Origin: Christensenellales bacterium
GTDB lineage: Bacteria > Bacillota > Clostridia > Christensenellales > Aristaeellaceae
DNA length: 64,000 bases
NCBI GenBank assembly: GCA_050946115.1
Contig: JBMNUF010000006.1
Coordinates: forward strand, 8,600 to 72,599
Direction: 5' to 3'
Each line of letters opens with the position of its first letter. The stretch's first letter is position 1. Of the stretch, positions 46,230 through 55,342 are shown piece after piece. Position numbers and translations under genes: made by a program. Under the pieces are notes generated by a model. It did no database searches. It saw only the letters and a program-made list of their open reading frames with translations, and was not told where the DNA came from.

Positions 46230-47696
46230 ATGCAGACGATCAAGACAATGTTTCGCTCGCCGAGGTTCGTCGTCGGGTTTTGCATGGTGTTGACCATCAC
46301 GCTGTACGCGCTGTTTGTACCCGTGGCGTTTCCGGGCGACCCGAAAGCGAGCAGAGCCGAAAGCCCGTTTTACGCGGAGGCAAAGCTGCTCATCGACGCA
46401 CTCAAGGCGGAAGACGCGGAGACCGCGTCTCTCGAAATCGAGCGGCTGCGCGAAATGGCGGATGCGAACACGGACGCGATTTTGAAGGACGCCGTCGCGA
46501 ACGTGTACGATACGATCGCGGCCGTAGAAACGGAGCTCGCGGCGGATCCGTTCGCGGGCGCCATCGCCGCGCTCGAACAGGTGAAGTCGAACAGAAAATA
46601 CCCCCTCGTCAACGCCGAGCGCGAGCCGATGAAGGATCTTCTCGCTGCCGGCGACAGGGAAGGCGCCGTCGCGGAGGGCGAAGCCGTCCTCGCGCATTGC
46701 AAAGCGGTGTATGAACTGATCGACGCAATCACAGAAAATGGCGCGGATTTTGACGCCATCGCGCTCCTCGTAGCGGAAGCGAACCTGAGCGCAGCGGAGA
46801 CGAAGGATCTTTTGCCCGCGATCGAAAACAAGGACGAAGCAGCCCTTCAAAGCGCGCTTACCGCGCTGCGCTCGCAGCACGAAAAGCTCGCCGAATACGT
46901 CGCGGAAGCCATATCGCGCTGCGAAGTATCCGTGTACGCAAACGCCGCTGCAGCTGCGCAAAAGACCATCCAGATGACCTACCTCATCCCCAAGAATACC
47001 GCGCCGAACAACCTGTTCTGGTTCGGAACGGACAACTTCAGCCGCGACCTGTTCCTTGAAATGGCGTATGGCGCGAGGACGTCCCTTTTGGTCGGCCTCA
47101 TCGCGGGCGTGCTTGCGACCCTGATCGGGATCACGCTGGGCCTCGTCGCGGGCTTCGTCGGCGGCATCGTGGACAGCATCATCACGGTCATCACCAATAC
47201 CTTTATCGTCATCCCCGGAACGATCATCCTCATTTTGATTTCCATCGCGATCGGGCAGTTCCGCGAGGCGTGGATCACCGGCGTCATCATCGGGCTGATT
47301 TCGTGGCCGTGGACGGCGCGCGCGGTGCGTGCACAGACGACATCGCTCAGGTATCGCGACCACGTCAACATGGCGCGCATAACGGGCTATTCGACCGGGC
47401 GCATCATCCTGACGGAGATCATGCCGTACCTTGCGAGCTATATCGTGATGGCGTTCATCCTGCAGGTCGCGGGCGGCATCGGCCAGGAAGCCACGCTTGC
47501 CATGCTGGGCCTTGGCGACCCGACGGGCATATCCCTGGGCAGATTGATGAACTGGGCGATGGCATACGAGGCGATCAACTTCAACCGCTGGTGGCTGTTT
47601 ATCCCCGTCGCGTGTTCGATTATGATGATTACATTTGGTCTGTACCTCATGAACTCCGGCATGGACCAAGTGTTCAATCCCAAGATAAGGAGCTGA
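46230..47696 (+). CDS. Opp/Dpp-family ABC permease (C type) with a ~220-aa Ala/Glu-rich insertion between TM1 and the GTDNxxRD motif
   Basis: 488 aa. TM1 is FVVGFCMVLTITLYALFVPVAF. Residues ~36-255 are helical-looking and low in hydrophobicity. After them come FGTDNFSRDLF and a normal permease core. Confidence 0.85.
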   Translation: MQTIKTMFRSPRFVVGFCMVLTITLYALFVPVAFPGDPKASRAESPFYAEAKLLIDALKAEDAETASLEIERLREMADANTDAILKDAVANVYDTIAAVETELAADPFAGAIAALEQVKSNRKYPLVNAEREPMKDLLAAGDREGAVAEGEAVLAHCKAVYELIDAITENGADFDAIALLVAEANLSAAETKDLLPAIENKDEAALQSALTALRSQHEKLAEYVAEAISRCEVSVYANAAAAAQKTIQMTYLIPKNTAPNNLFWFGTDNFSRDLFLEMAYGARTSLLVGLIAGVLATLIGITLGLVAGFVGGIVDSIITVITNTFIVIPGTIILILISIAIGQFREAWITGVIIGLISWPWTARAVRAQTTSLRYRDHVNMARITGYSTGRIILTEIMPYLASYIVMAFILQVAGGIGQEATLAMLGLGDPTGISLGRLMNWAMAYEAINFNRWWLFIPVACSIMMITFGLYLMNSGMDQVFNPKIRS

Positions 47697-47700
47697 TACC

Positions 47701-48747
47701 ATGGCAGATGTGATTCTTGACGTGCAGGGGCTGAAAACGTATTACCGCACGCGACTGAGGGAACACGTATATGCCGTGGATGGCGTAAGCCTTCAGTTGA
47801 AGGAAGGGCGCGTGCTCGGCATCGCGGGCGAATCGGGCTGCGGCAAATCTACCTTGGCACTGTCCCTCATGGGTTTTTATTTCCCGCCGCTCAATTACGG
47901 CGAGGGGAAGATCGTATTGGAAGGCACCGACCTGATGAAGATTCCGTATGAGACGCTCCGCAAGAATTTTCTCGGCACGGAGATCGCCTATATCCCGCAG
48001 GCGGCGATGAACGCGCTCAACCAAACGCGCAAGTTGTCGCGCTTCGCGATCGACATCCTCACCGAACATCGCCCGGATATGTCCAAGGAGCAGATGCTCA
48101 ACCTCACGCGGGAAAAGTTTGCGTATCTGAACCTTCCGGAGCGCGTGCTCACGGCATATCCGAGCGAGCTGTCCGGCGGCATGAAGCAGCGGGCGGTCAT
48201 TGCGCTCTCGACGCTTTTGAACCCCAAGGTGTTGATCGCGGACGAGCCGTCTTCGGCGCTGGACGTATCGAGCCAGAAGGTCGTCATCAGTATGCTGCGC
48301 AAGATGATGAAGGAAGGCTTTGTCAAGAGCATGATCTTCATCACGCACGAACTGCCGCTATTGCGCCACGTCGCAGACGACATCGTCGTCATGTATGCCG
48401 GCGAATTGGTGGAGCAGGGCTCGAGCGAGGAAGTCATCTTCGACCCGATGCATCCGTACTCCCACGCGCTGATGGGCTCCATCATCGTACCTGAGGGCGG
48501 CATGAAGGAGCAAAAGCTCACCGCAATCCCGGGCGCACCGCCCAACCTCAAGCGCGTGCCCGACGGCTGTCGCTTTTACGACAGGTGCATGTACGCCTGC
48601 GACGCGTGCCGCGCGGAAAAGCGCATCGGCGTCACGCGCTTTGGCAAAGACAACAGCCGCTACCACCGCTGCATATTTACGGAAGCGCAGTTGCGCGAGA
48701 AATACGCGGCGGAAGAGAAGTTCAGGATCGGAGGCGCAGAAAAATGA
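47701..48747 (+). CDS. Opp/Dpp-family ABC ATP-binding protein (D type)
   Basis: Walker [10 protein letters not shown], signature LSGGMKQR, Walker [13 protein letters not shown], plus HPYS and a Cys-rich tail. Confidence 0.9.
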   Translation: MADVILDVQGLKTYYRTRLREHVYAVDGVSLQLKEGRVLGIAGESGCGKSTLALSLMGFYFPPLNYGEGKIVLEGTDLMKIPYETLRKNFLGTEIAYIPQAAMNALNQTRKLSRFAIDILTEHRPDMSKEQMLNLTREKFAYLNLPERVLTAYPSELSGGMKQRAVIALSTLLNPKVLIADEPSSALDVSSQKVVISMLRKMMKEGFVKSMIFITHELPLLRHVADDIVVMYAGELVEQGSSEEVIFDPMHPYSHALMGSIIVPEGGMKEQKLTAIPGAPPNLKRVPDGCRFYDRCMYACDACRAEKRIGVTRFGKDNSRYHRCIFTEAQLREKYAAEEKFRIGGAEK

Positions 48748-50078
48748 CGCAGTGGGATGTATTTTATAAAAAGTATACCCGCGTGAACAGCATCGCAAGG
48801 CTGCTTTTGATACTCGGCGTCGTGTTTTTGCTGCTGTGGCTCGGATGCCTGATGGTGTACAGCGAGCTGACGAACGCGACGGATTACGCAGGCGCGCTGC
48901 TCGAAATCGCAAACGAACAGGGAACCGAAACGGGCTATACGAAATCGACCGTAACCTCTGACATGCCGCGCATCTTCCTGACGCACTACGAGGCGATCTG
49001 CGCCGCCGTTCCCGAGGCGGAAGCACGCAAAGAGGCAGGGACGCTCCTTATCGTGTATTACCCGATGAGCAAATTTGCGTATTTCCTGATGCTTTCGCGC
49101 ACATATTGCGCCGCGATAGGGCTTGCGCTTCTGATCGCGTCCGCGCTCGTCAGAACGTACAATTCGCGCAAGACCTTCGACCGCGACGTGCAGTGCCCGC
49201 ACTGCGGCATCATATCCAAGGGCAGTATCGTCGACAAGAACAACGGCAAATGCCCGGCCTGCGGGGAATCGACGACCAAGGGGAACATCGTTCTCGAAGC
49301 CAGGCATGTCAACAAGGTGTTTGGCGCGGGGAAGACGCGCGTTCACGCCGTGAACGACGTCAACTTCGTGCTGCATCGCGGTGAGATCATCTCCATCGTC
49401 GGCGAATCCGGCTCCGGCAAGACGACGTTCGCGAAGATTCTGCTTGGGTTGCTTGAGGAGACGAACGGCGAGATCGAATACAACGGAGCGCCGCGCTTCC
49501 TCAAGACCGGCCCCATGCGCCACGCCTATTGGCAGAACATTCAGGCGATCTTTCAGGACCCGTTTTCCACGTTCAACCAGTTTTTCCGCGTGGAGAAGAT
49601 CCTAAACGACTGCCTCGCCCTGCAGGGCAAGGGCCATCTCCCGCTCGCAAAAAAGCACGAGCTGATGAAGGACGCATGTAAATTCGTCAACCTCAAGTTC
49701 GAAGAGCTGTACAACAAGTACCCGTTCGAACTCTCCGGCGGACAGATGCAGCGCCTGATGATCGCCCGCATTTTCATGATTCAGCCGAACGTCCTGATCG
49801 CGGACGAGCCGACGAGCATGATCGACGCCTGCTCCCGCTCGACCATCTTGGACATGCTGCTGAAATTGCGCGACGAGAAGGGCATGACCATCCTGTTCAT
49901 CACGCACGACCTGGGGCTTGCGTACTACGTATCCGACACGCTCTATATCATGGAGCGCGGCAAGATGGTGGAGACGGGAAAGGCGGAGGAGCTCATCCTC
50001 AACCCGAAGCACCGCTACACCAGGCAACTCGTGACCGACGTGCCCAAGCTCAACGAGCCATGGGAGTTGGATGCGTAA
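48744..50078 (+). CDS. Opp/Dpp-family ABC ATP-binding protein (F type) with an N-terminal two-TM + zinc-ribbon extension (~180 aa)
   Basis: ATG 48744 overlaps the upstream stop (ATGA). Two hydrophobic segments, then CPHC-x15-CPAC, then a complete NBD: Walker [10 protein letters not shown], signature LSGGQMQR, Walker [14 protein letters not shown]-loop FITHD. Confidence 0.8.
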   Translation: MTQWDVFYKKYTRVNSIARLLLILGVVFLLLWLGCLMVYSELTNATDYAGALLEIANEQGTETGYTKSTVTSDMPRIFLTHYEAICAAVPEAEARKEAGTLLIVYYPMSKFAYFLMLSRTYCAAIGLALLIASALVRTYNSRKTFDRDVQCPHCGIISKGSIVDKNNGKCPACGESTTKGNIVLEARHVNKVFGAGKTRVHAVNDVNFVLHRGEIISIVGESGSGKTTFAKILLGLLEETNGEIEYNGAPRFLKTGPMRHAYWQNIQAIFQDPFSTFNQFFRVEKILNDCLALQGKGHLPLAKKHELMKDACKFVNLKFEELYNKYPFELSGGQMQRLMIARIFMIQPNVLIADEPTSMIDACSRSTILDMLLKLRDEKGMTILFITHDLGLAYYVSDTLYIMERGKMVETGKAEELILNPKHRYTRQLVTDVPKLNEPWELDA

Positions 50079-50090
50079 TGTTTTCCAAAG

Positions 50091-50129
50091 AAAATCCCCT
50101 TCGCCCGAATCCGGACGAGGGGGATTTTT
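50091..50129. terminator. Bidirectional intrinsic terminator
   Basis: aaaatccccttcg / cgagggggatttt stem (one mismatch) with flanking A-run and T-run. It lies between convergent genes. Confidence 0.7.
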
Positions 50130-50137
50130 CATCGTGT

Positions 50138-51769
50138 TTATCTCGTTCCGCCGCCGCTGCCGCCACCGGAAGCGCCTCCCCCGCCGCCGGAGGAGCTGGA
50201 ACCGCCGCTGCCGGAGGCGCGCTCGGCGCGCACCATTTCGCCGTAGCTGTAATCGCGATAGTAGTACGAATACCAGTACCAGGCGTACATATCGTCCCAG
50301 TAGTAGTCATCCACATAATCGGGATAGAACGCGCGGATGCCGCGAAGAGCTTCATCCTTGAGACCGAAGAGGATCGCATATGCCCATGCGTCTGCGGGAT
50401 TCATGGAGTCGTAAAGCTGTGCGCTCGACGGATCGACACCCGTGAGAACGCGCTGAATACGCATGACGCGCACGACGGTGCGTTCGCCTTCCTCGGTCAG
50501 ATTCTTGAGGCTGCCGGAGGGGCGGCCGGTGAAGCAGCCCATGTGCATGAGCAGATCGTCCGCGCCGGTTTCGATCGCCTTCAAAAAGTCGCGCATGACC
50601 TCGGGGTTCTTCTTGAAGCAGCGCTTGACGTAGTTCGGGAAGAGCACGCCGTTCTGATCGCATGCCGAAAGCAGCAGATCATACAAAAGCGCCTCTGCGG
50701 AGGAGGGGTCCTCCGGTGGATGCACCATCTGCAGCGGTACCTTGGCGGCCGCCTTGCCCGTGACGCCCGGTTCGGTCGACACGATGCAGCCGGAGTTGAC
50801 GAGACGGAACAGCAGTGCGCCGATGATCGTGCCTTCTTCGTGGATCAGGTGGAAGAGGCGCCCCATGCGCCAGGTCGCGACGAGATCGACGGGGACAAAA
50901 TCCGTATGCCGCGCGTACATGGCTTCGAGCGCCGCTTTGCGCTTCGCAGAGTAGGTGTAGGCAAGGACGCCGATGACGATCACGGCGACGCCTACGACAG
51001 CGAGCACCGCGACGGGAATCCCTTCGCCGGCAGGGTCTGAATAGTCGCTCCCCTCAAAGGCGCGTTCGCGCACCTCCTCGAAGCTGCCCGATACGCGGGA
51101 TGCGGGAGAGAGAAAGCCGCTTTGAAGCTCGAACAATACCGTCACGTAATTGCGCGGCGAGATGGGATCGACCGTCCAAACCTGTACGCCGCCGTCGTCG
51201 GAAAACGCGACCTCGCCTTCAAAGCCGAACGCCCATGCGCGGGCATTTTCCTCGGTGATCAGAAAGTCGTTCGAGAACAAATACAGGGAGACGTCGGTCG
51301 GCGTCGTGTTTAAATCCCTGTTGACGAACATGAAGTTAAAGCCGTCGGACTCGTCGTAGCTGCGCACGAGGTCGTGCACCATGTAGGATATCTGATAGGT
51401 GCGCGCGCCGTATTTGCTGATGCCCCAGCACAGTTCATACCCGCCCGAAACGTTGTGTATGGCGCAGCAGTACGCCTTCTCGTCGAAGGATGCGGAGGTG
51501 TCCCAGGAATCGAGCGTGGCATAGAGTTCGCCGTCGCAGGTGACGGAAAAATCGCTCAGCGTGAGATGGCCGGAATCACTGATTGGGATGTAGCACTCGG
51601 TGCCCTCGTTGAATTCGCCCGTCCATGTCTGCGTAATCCAGCCGGAGCCGTCCTGAAGCAGCTCGACAGAGATTTCCATGCGCTCGACGCGGTTTGCCGC
51701 AAAGGCGGGCGCGCTCAGCGCGAACAGGACGATGCAGATAAGGCAAAGGCAAGCAATCAATTTCTTCAT
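50138..51769 (-). CDS. DUF2207-family membrane protein with aromatic-rich and Gly/Ser-rich C-terminal tail
   Basis: Start at MKKLIACLCL, 7 nt after GGAGGA. Signal peptide, extracytoplasmic domain, TM, cytoplasmic domain, and a C-terminal SGSGGSSSSGGGGGASGGGSGGG tail typical of DUF2207. Confidence 0.75.
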   Translation of the reverse strand: MKKLIACLCLICIVLFALSAPAFAANRVERMEISVELLQDGSGWITQTWTGEFNEGTECYIPISDSGHLTLSDFSVTCDGELYATLDSWDTSASFDEKAYCCAIHNVSGGYELCWGISKYGARTYQISYMVHDLVRSYDESDGFNFMFVNRDLNTTPTDVSLYLFSNDFLITEENARAWAFGFEGEVAFSDDGGVQVWTVDPISPRNYVTVLFELQSGFLSPASRVSGSFEEVRERAFEGSDYSDPAGEGIPVAVLAVVGVAVIVIGVLAYTYSAKRKAALEAMYARHTDFVPVDLVATWRMGRLFHLIHEEGTIIGALLFRLVNSGCIVSTEPGVTGKAAAKVPLQMVHPPEDPSSAEALLYDLLLSACDQNGVLFPNYVKRCFKKNPEVMRDFLKAIETGADDLLMHMGCFTGRPSGSLKNLTEEGERTVVRVMRIQRVLTGVDPSSAQLYDSMNPADAWAYAILFGLKDEALRGIRAFYPDYVDDYYWDDMYAWYWYSYYYRDYSYGEMVRAERASGSGGSSSSGGGGGASGGGSGGGTR

Positions 51770-51801
51770 ACACATTCCTCCAATCCACTTCTTTCGTGGA
51801 T

Positions 51802-51830
51802 AGTATACTCAAAATCGCGAATGCTGTCAA
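51802..51830 (-). promoter_or_regulatory. Sigma-A type promoter TTGACA-17-TATACT for the DUF2207 gene
   Basis: On the minus strand: -35 at 51830-51825, -10 at 51807-51802, 17-nt spacer. Confidence 0.65.
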
Positions 51831-51917
51831 GACGTTTACAGGCCACATTTTACGTTGCGGATTCCGGCGGCTTTTGACCAAATCCGAACAGATTTATGAA
51901 AGCGCGTACCGCTTGCC

Positions 51918-51946
51918 TTGACATAAAGTGCCCGAAGTGCTATATT
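51918..51946 (+). promoter_or_regulatory. Sigma-A type promoter TTGACA-17-TATATT for the NitT/TauT-family operon
   Basis: Hexamers at 51918-51923 and 51941-51946 with a 17-nt spacer. Confidence 0.65.
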
Positions 51947-51978
51947 GAATGTATCAATATCGGGGGAGGTTTTTGTCC

Positions 51979-52998
51979 ATGAAGAAGATTCTTTGCGCCC
52001 TTTTGTGCGTTCTGCTCTTGGCGGCGCCTTTCTGCACCGCGGAAGAACTTCCGACGGTTCGCGTCGGCATCCTCGCGAGCTACTATTCCGCGGCGATCTA
52101 TTACGCCGATCAGATGGGCTATGACACCGAAGAGGGCATCGACATGCAGCCGCAGGAATTTGCGAGCGGCGCACCGATGAACGAGTGCTTTGCGGCCGGC
52201 GAACTCGAAGCTGCGGACATGGGCCCCGCCGCCGTGCACGCCGTCGGGAAATTCGGCGCAAAGTGCATCGCGCAAAACGCCAAACAGGTCGCCGTAAACC
52301 TGCTCGTGCGCGGCGACAGCCCGCTGCTCGAGGTCGTGGACGAAAACGGCGTATACGGAAATGCCGATCTCGTCAGGGGCATGACCATCATGGGCCCCGC
52401 GGGCACCTATGCGCATTACCTCGTCATCGGCTACCTCGATTATATCGGACTGACAATCGACGACGTGAATTTCGTCGGCATGGAGTATCCGCAGGCGATG
52501 CAGGCGTTTGAGCTGGGCGAGGGCGACATCTGCTGCATGCAAAACCCCAACGTATACGACGCAGTCTCGGCGGGCTATAAGACGATTGGCGATCCCGCCA
52601 TCGTCGCGCCGATGTTTGAAAACCTCGTCTGCTTCGGCGCGATCTACGAGAGCAACCCGCAGGCAATCGAGAAGTTCCTGAAGGTCGTCTACCGCGCGCA
52701 GGAGGATTTCCTGAACGACGACGCGCTCGCCGCCAAGTGGCTCGCCGAGTACTACGCCAAGATGGGCTACAGCGCGAGCGAAGAGGCGCTGATGGACGAG
52801 ATTCAAAACCAGAAGCCCTTGCTCACGCTGGAAGAGGCCGCATCCGTCAAGGTCGGCGAGACACTGATCGCCACGGCGCATTTTATGCAGTCCCAGGGCA
52901 TGATCGAGCAGGCGCAGACCGACACCGTCATCCAAAACATCGCAAGTGATTTGCTCCAAAACGTATGCGCGGAAAAGGGCGTCGCTTGGAATCAATAA
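51979..52998 (+). CDS. ABC transporter substrate-binding protein, NMT1/SsuA-like (NitT/TauT family)
   Basis: Start at MKKILCALLCVLLLAAPFCTA, after a GGGGGAGG RBS. About 340 aa with an SsuA/NMT1-like layout. Confidence 0.75.
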   Translation: MKKILCALLCVLLLAAPFCTAEELPTVRVGILASYYSAAIYYADQMGYDTEEGIDMQPQEFASGAPMNECFAAGELEAADMGPAAVHAVGKFGAKCIAQNAKQVAVNLLVRGDSPLLEVVDENGVYGNADLVRGMTIMGPAGTYAHYLVIGYLDYIGLTIDDVNFVGMEYPQAMQAFELGEGDICCMQNPNVYDAVSAGYKTIGDPAIVAPMFENLVCFGAIYESNPQAIEKFLKVVYRAQEDFLNDDALAAKWLAEYYAKMGYSASEEALMDEIQNQKPLLTLEEAASVKVGETLIATAHFMQSQGMIEQAQTDTVIQNIASDLLQNVCAEKGVAWNQ

Positions 52999-53014
52999 TA
53001 CGGATAAGCGAGGA

Positions 53015-53042
53015 GGCGGCGGTTGCATAACCGCCGCCTTTT
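53015..53042 (+). terminator. Intra-operon intrinsic-terminator-like hairpin directly after the SBP gene
   Basis: ggcggcggtt gcat aaccgccgcc forms a 10-bp stem, followed by tttt. Confidence 0.7.
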
Positions 53043-53053
53043 GGGAGTTCGGC

Positions 53054-53824
53054 ATGAAAAAGAACCTGCGTTTTCATCTTCTGAGCATTTCTGCGCTGCT
53101 CCTCTTTTTGGCGCTGTGGTATCTTGCGACGGACGTCTTGAACCTGACGAACAGGCTGATTTTGCCGGGGCCGGTCGAGGTCTTCCGCGCGTTCGTCAAA
53201 AAGCTCACCAATAAGAACCCCGACAACGCGACGCTCGCGCAGCATACGGTTTCGAGCCTCTTTTTGGTGCTTTCGGGGTACGGTTTGGGCGTCTCTGTGG
53301 GGCTTCCGCTCGGAATCCTCATGGGCTGGAACAAGTGGATCGACCGCTTCGTGCGCCCCCTGTTCGACCTGCTCCGCCCGATCCCGCCCGTGGGCTGGCT
53401 CCCGCTGGTGCTGATATTATTCGGCATAGGCGTACAGGGGAAGGTCTTTATCATCTTCTTCGCGACGCTCATGCCGTGTGTGCTAAACGCCTATTCGGGC
53501 ATACGGCAGGTCTCCGAGACGCATCTGTTGGTGGCGAAGGCGTTCGGCGCGACGCGCAACCAGCAGCTTTTTCGCGTGGCGATCCCATCCGCACTCCCGA
53601 TGCTCTTTACGGGGCTTCGCGTTTCGCTTTCGACCTCGTGGGCGACGCTCGTCGCGGCGGAAATGCTCGCGGCGCAAAAGGGACTCGGCTATATGATTCA
53701 GACCAACCGCATGCTCGCCAACGCGGATTACATCTTGGTCGGCATGATTTCCATCGGCATCATCGGCGCCCTGTTCTCCGCGCTGCTCGGTTTCGCGGAA
53801 AAGGCGCTCTCCAAAGGCAGGTGA
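53054..53824 (+). CDS. ABC transporter permease 1 (NitT/TauT family, SsuC/TauC-like)
   Basis: 256 aa starting at MKKNLRFHLLSISALLLFLALWY. BPD_transp_1 core. Confidence 0.85.
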   Translation: MKKNLRFHLLSISALLLFLALWYLATDVLNLTNRLILPGPVEVFRAFVKKLTNKNPDNATLAQHTVSSLFLVLSGYGLGVSVGLPLGILMGWNKWIDRFVRPLFDLLRPIPPVGWLPLVLILFGIGVQGKVFIIFFATLMPCVLNAYSGIRQVSETHLLVAKAFGATRNQQLFRVAIPSALPMLFTGLRVSLSTSWATLVAAEMLAAQKGLGYMIQTNRMLANADYILVGMISIGIIGALFSALLGFAEKALSKGR

Positions 53825-53829
53825 GGTAT

Positions 53830-54609
53830 ATGCGCATAAAGAATAAAGAGGGCGCGATAAGCGCTTTGTGCGCCGCACTCTCCATCGCCGCGTTTTTGCT
53901 TTTGTGGCAGTTGGCCTCCACACTTTCGCCGCGCGTACAATTCATCCCGCCGCCGACGGTCGTATTTCCTGCTTTTTTACGGAGTTTTTCCGAGCCGATC
54001 GGCGTAAAGACCATGTGGGGACACATCGCAGCGAGCCTTTTGCGCGTGCTGGCGGGCTTTTGCGCATCTGCCGCGGTGGGCATCGTCGTGGGCATCGCCT
54101 GCGGCAGGAGCAAGGTCGCGAGGGCGATCTTTAACCCCTTTGTGGAGCTATTGCGCCCCATTCCGGGCATCGCGTGGATTCCGATCTCGATTCTCTGGTT
54201 CGGGACGGGCGAAACCTCGAAGGTGTTCATCCTCTTTATCGCATCGGTCACCATGATCGCGGTGAACGCCCACGCCGGCGCATCGTCCGTCGACGAAAAG
54301 CTCATCGGTGCGGCGCGGATGCTGGGCGCGGGCGATTTTCGCGTGTTTATGACGGTGGTTCTGCCCTCCTGTGTGCCGCAAATCTTCGCGGGCCTGCAGA
54401 CGGGGCTGACCATCACATGGATGACGGTCGTCGCGGCGGAGATGATCCGCTCCGAATACGGCGTGGGCTGGGTCATCACGGCGGGGAACAACAGCTACAA
54501 CATGACGCAGGTGATGGTCGGAATTTTGGCGATCGGCATCGGCGGGTTTTTGCTGTCGAATCTTCTGCGACTCGCAGAGAGGAGGCTTTGCGCGTGGAAA
54601 GACGGATGA
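53830..54609 (+). CDS. ABC transporter permease 2 (NitT/TauT family, SsuC/TauC-like)
   Basis: 259 aa starting at MRIKNKEGAISALCAALSIAAFLLLWQ. A distinct paralogue of permease 1. Confidence 0.85.
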   Translation: MRIKNKEGAISALCAALSIAAFLLLWQLASTLSPRVQFIPPPTVVFPAFLRSFSEPIGVKTMWGHIAASLLRVLAGFCASAAVGIVVGIACGRSKVARAIFNPFVELLRPIPGIAWIPISILWFGTGETSKVFILFIASVTMIAVNAHAGASSVDEKLIGAARMLGAGDFRVFMTVVLPSCVPQIFAGLQTGLTITWMTVVAAEMIRSEYGVGWVITAGNNSYNMTQVMVGILAIGIGGFLLSNLLRLAERRLCAWKDG

Positions 54610-55337
54610 TCCAATGCGAAAACATGGGCAAGGCCTATGGCGGCGATTGGATTCTGAAGGGAATCAATCTAACGGTTTCGGCAAACGAGTTTCTCGCGAT
54701 CGTCGGCCCCGGGCGCTGCGGAAAGACGACGCTCATCGACGTGCTCTCAGGCCTCGAGCCGAAAACGGAGGGGTTTGTTAAGGTCGATGGGGAAGAGGTC
54801 ACGGGCTGCGGCCCCAAGCGCGGCGTAGTGTATCAGACGACCATGCTGTTTCCGTGGTACACCGTGATGGGAAACGTCGCATACGGCCCCCGCAGCATGG
54901 GCGTCGGGCGCAAGGAAAGCCGCCTGCGCGCGCAGGAAAAGATCGACCTCGTCGGGCTTACGGGCTTTGAAAAGTCGTTCCCGTCGCAGCTCTCGGGCGG
55001 CATGAAGCAAAAGGTCGGCATCGCGCGCGTGTACTGCTTGGATCCCGATGTGATCTTTATGGACGAGCCGTTCGGGCATTTGGATGCGCAGACGCGCTAT
55101 CTCATGCAGCGCGAGGCAGAGCGCATCTGGCAGACGGAGAAGAAGACCGTCGTATTCGTGACGAACAACATCGAAGAGGCGCTGTATTTGGCGGACAGGG
55201 TGCTCGTGATGACGAACTGCCCCTCGCGCATCAAGGCGGAGTTTCTCATCGACCTTCCGCGCCCGCGAAGTTACACCGACGCGCGCTTTTTGGAATATCG
55301 AAGGCAGATCAGCGAAATCATCGATCCGACGGAGTGA
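54606..55337 (+). CDS. ABC transporter ATP-binding protein 1 (NitT/TauT family) with deviant Walker A and H-loop
   Basis: ATGA overlap with permease 2. Walker A GPGRCGKTT, signature LSGGMKQK, Walker B VIFMDEP. The H-loop position reads VTNNIEEA (Asn where His is expected). Confidence 0.85.
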   Translation: MIQCENMGKAYGGDWILKGINLTVSANEFLAIVGPGRCGKTTLIDVLSGLEPKTEGFVKVDGEEVTGCGPKRGVVYQTTMLFPWYTVMGNVAYGPRSMGVGRKESRLRAQEKIDLVGLTGFEKSFPSQLSGGMKQKVGIARVYCLDPDVIFMDEPFGHLDAQTRYLMQREAERIWQTEKKTVVFVTNNIEEALYLADRVLVMTNCPSRIKAEFLIDLPRPRSYTDARFLEYRRQISEIIDPTE

Positions 55338-55342
55338 AAAAT

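Noticed and set aside
43208-47702. Two very long minus-strand ORFs (43208-45106, 632 aa; 45825-47702, 625 aa) antisense to the atypical Opp operon. Comparable ORFs lie at 37174-38547, 51940-53055 and 60472-61599.
   Set aside because: Same reasoning as above. They have low-complexity Arg/Gly/Asp/His-rich translations, no start context and complete overlap with well-supported sense genes.
50150-50230. GC-rich tract that looks repetitive (gccgcc / ggagg units) and could be taken for a tandem repeat or array.
   Set aside because: It is the reverse complement of the Gly/Ser-tail coding sequence of the DUF2207 gene. It has no spacer-repeat periodicity.
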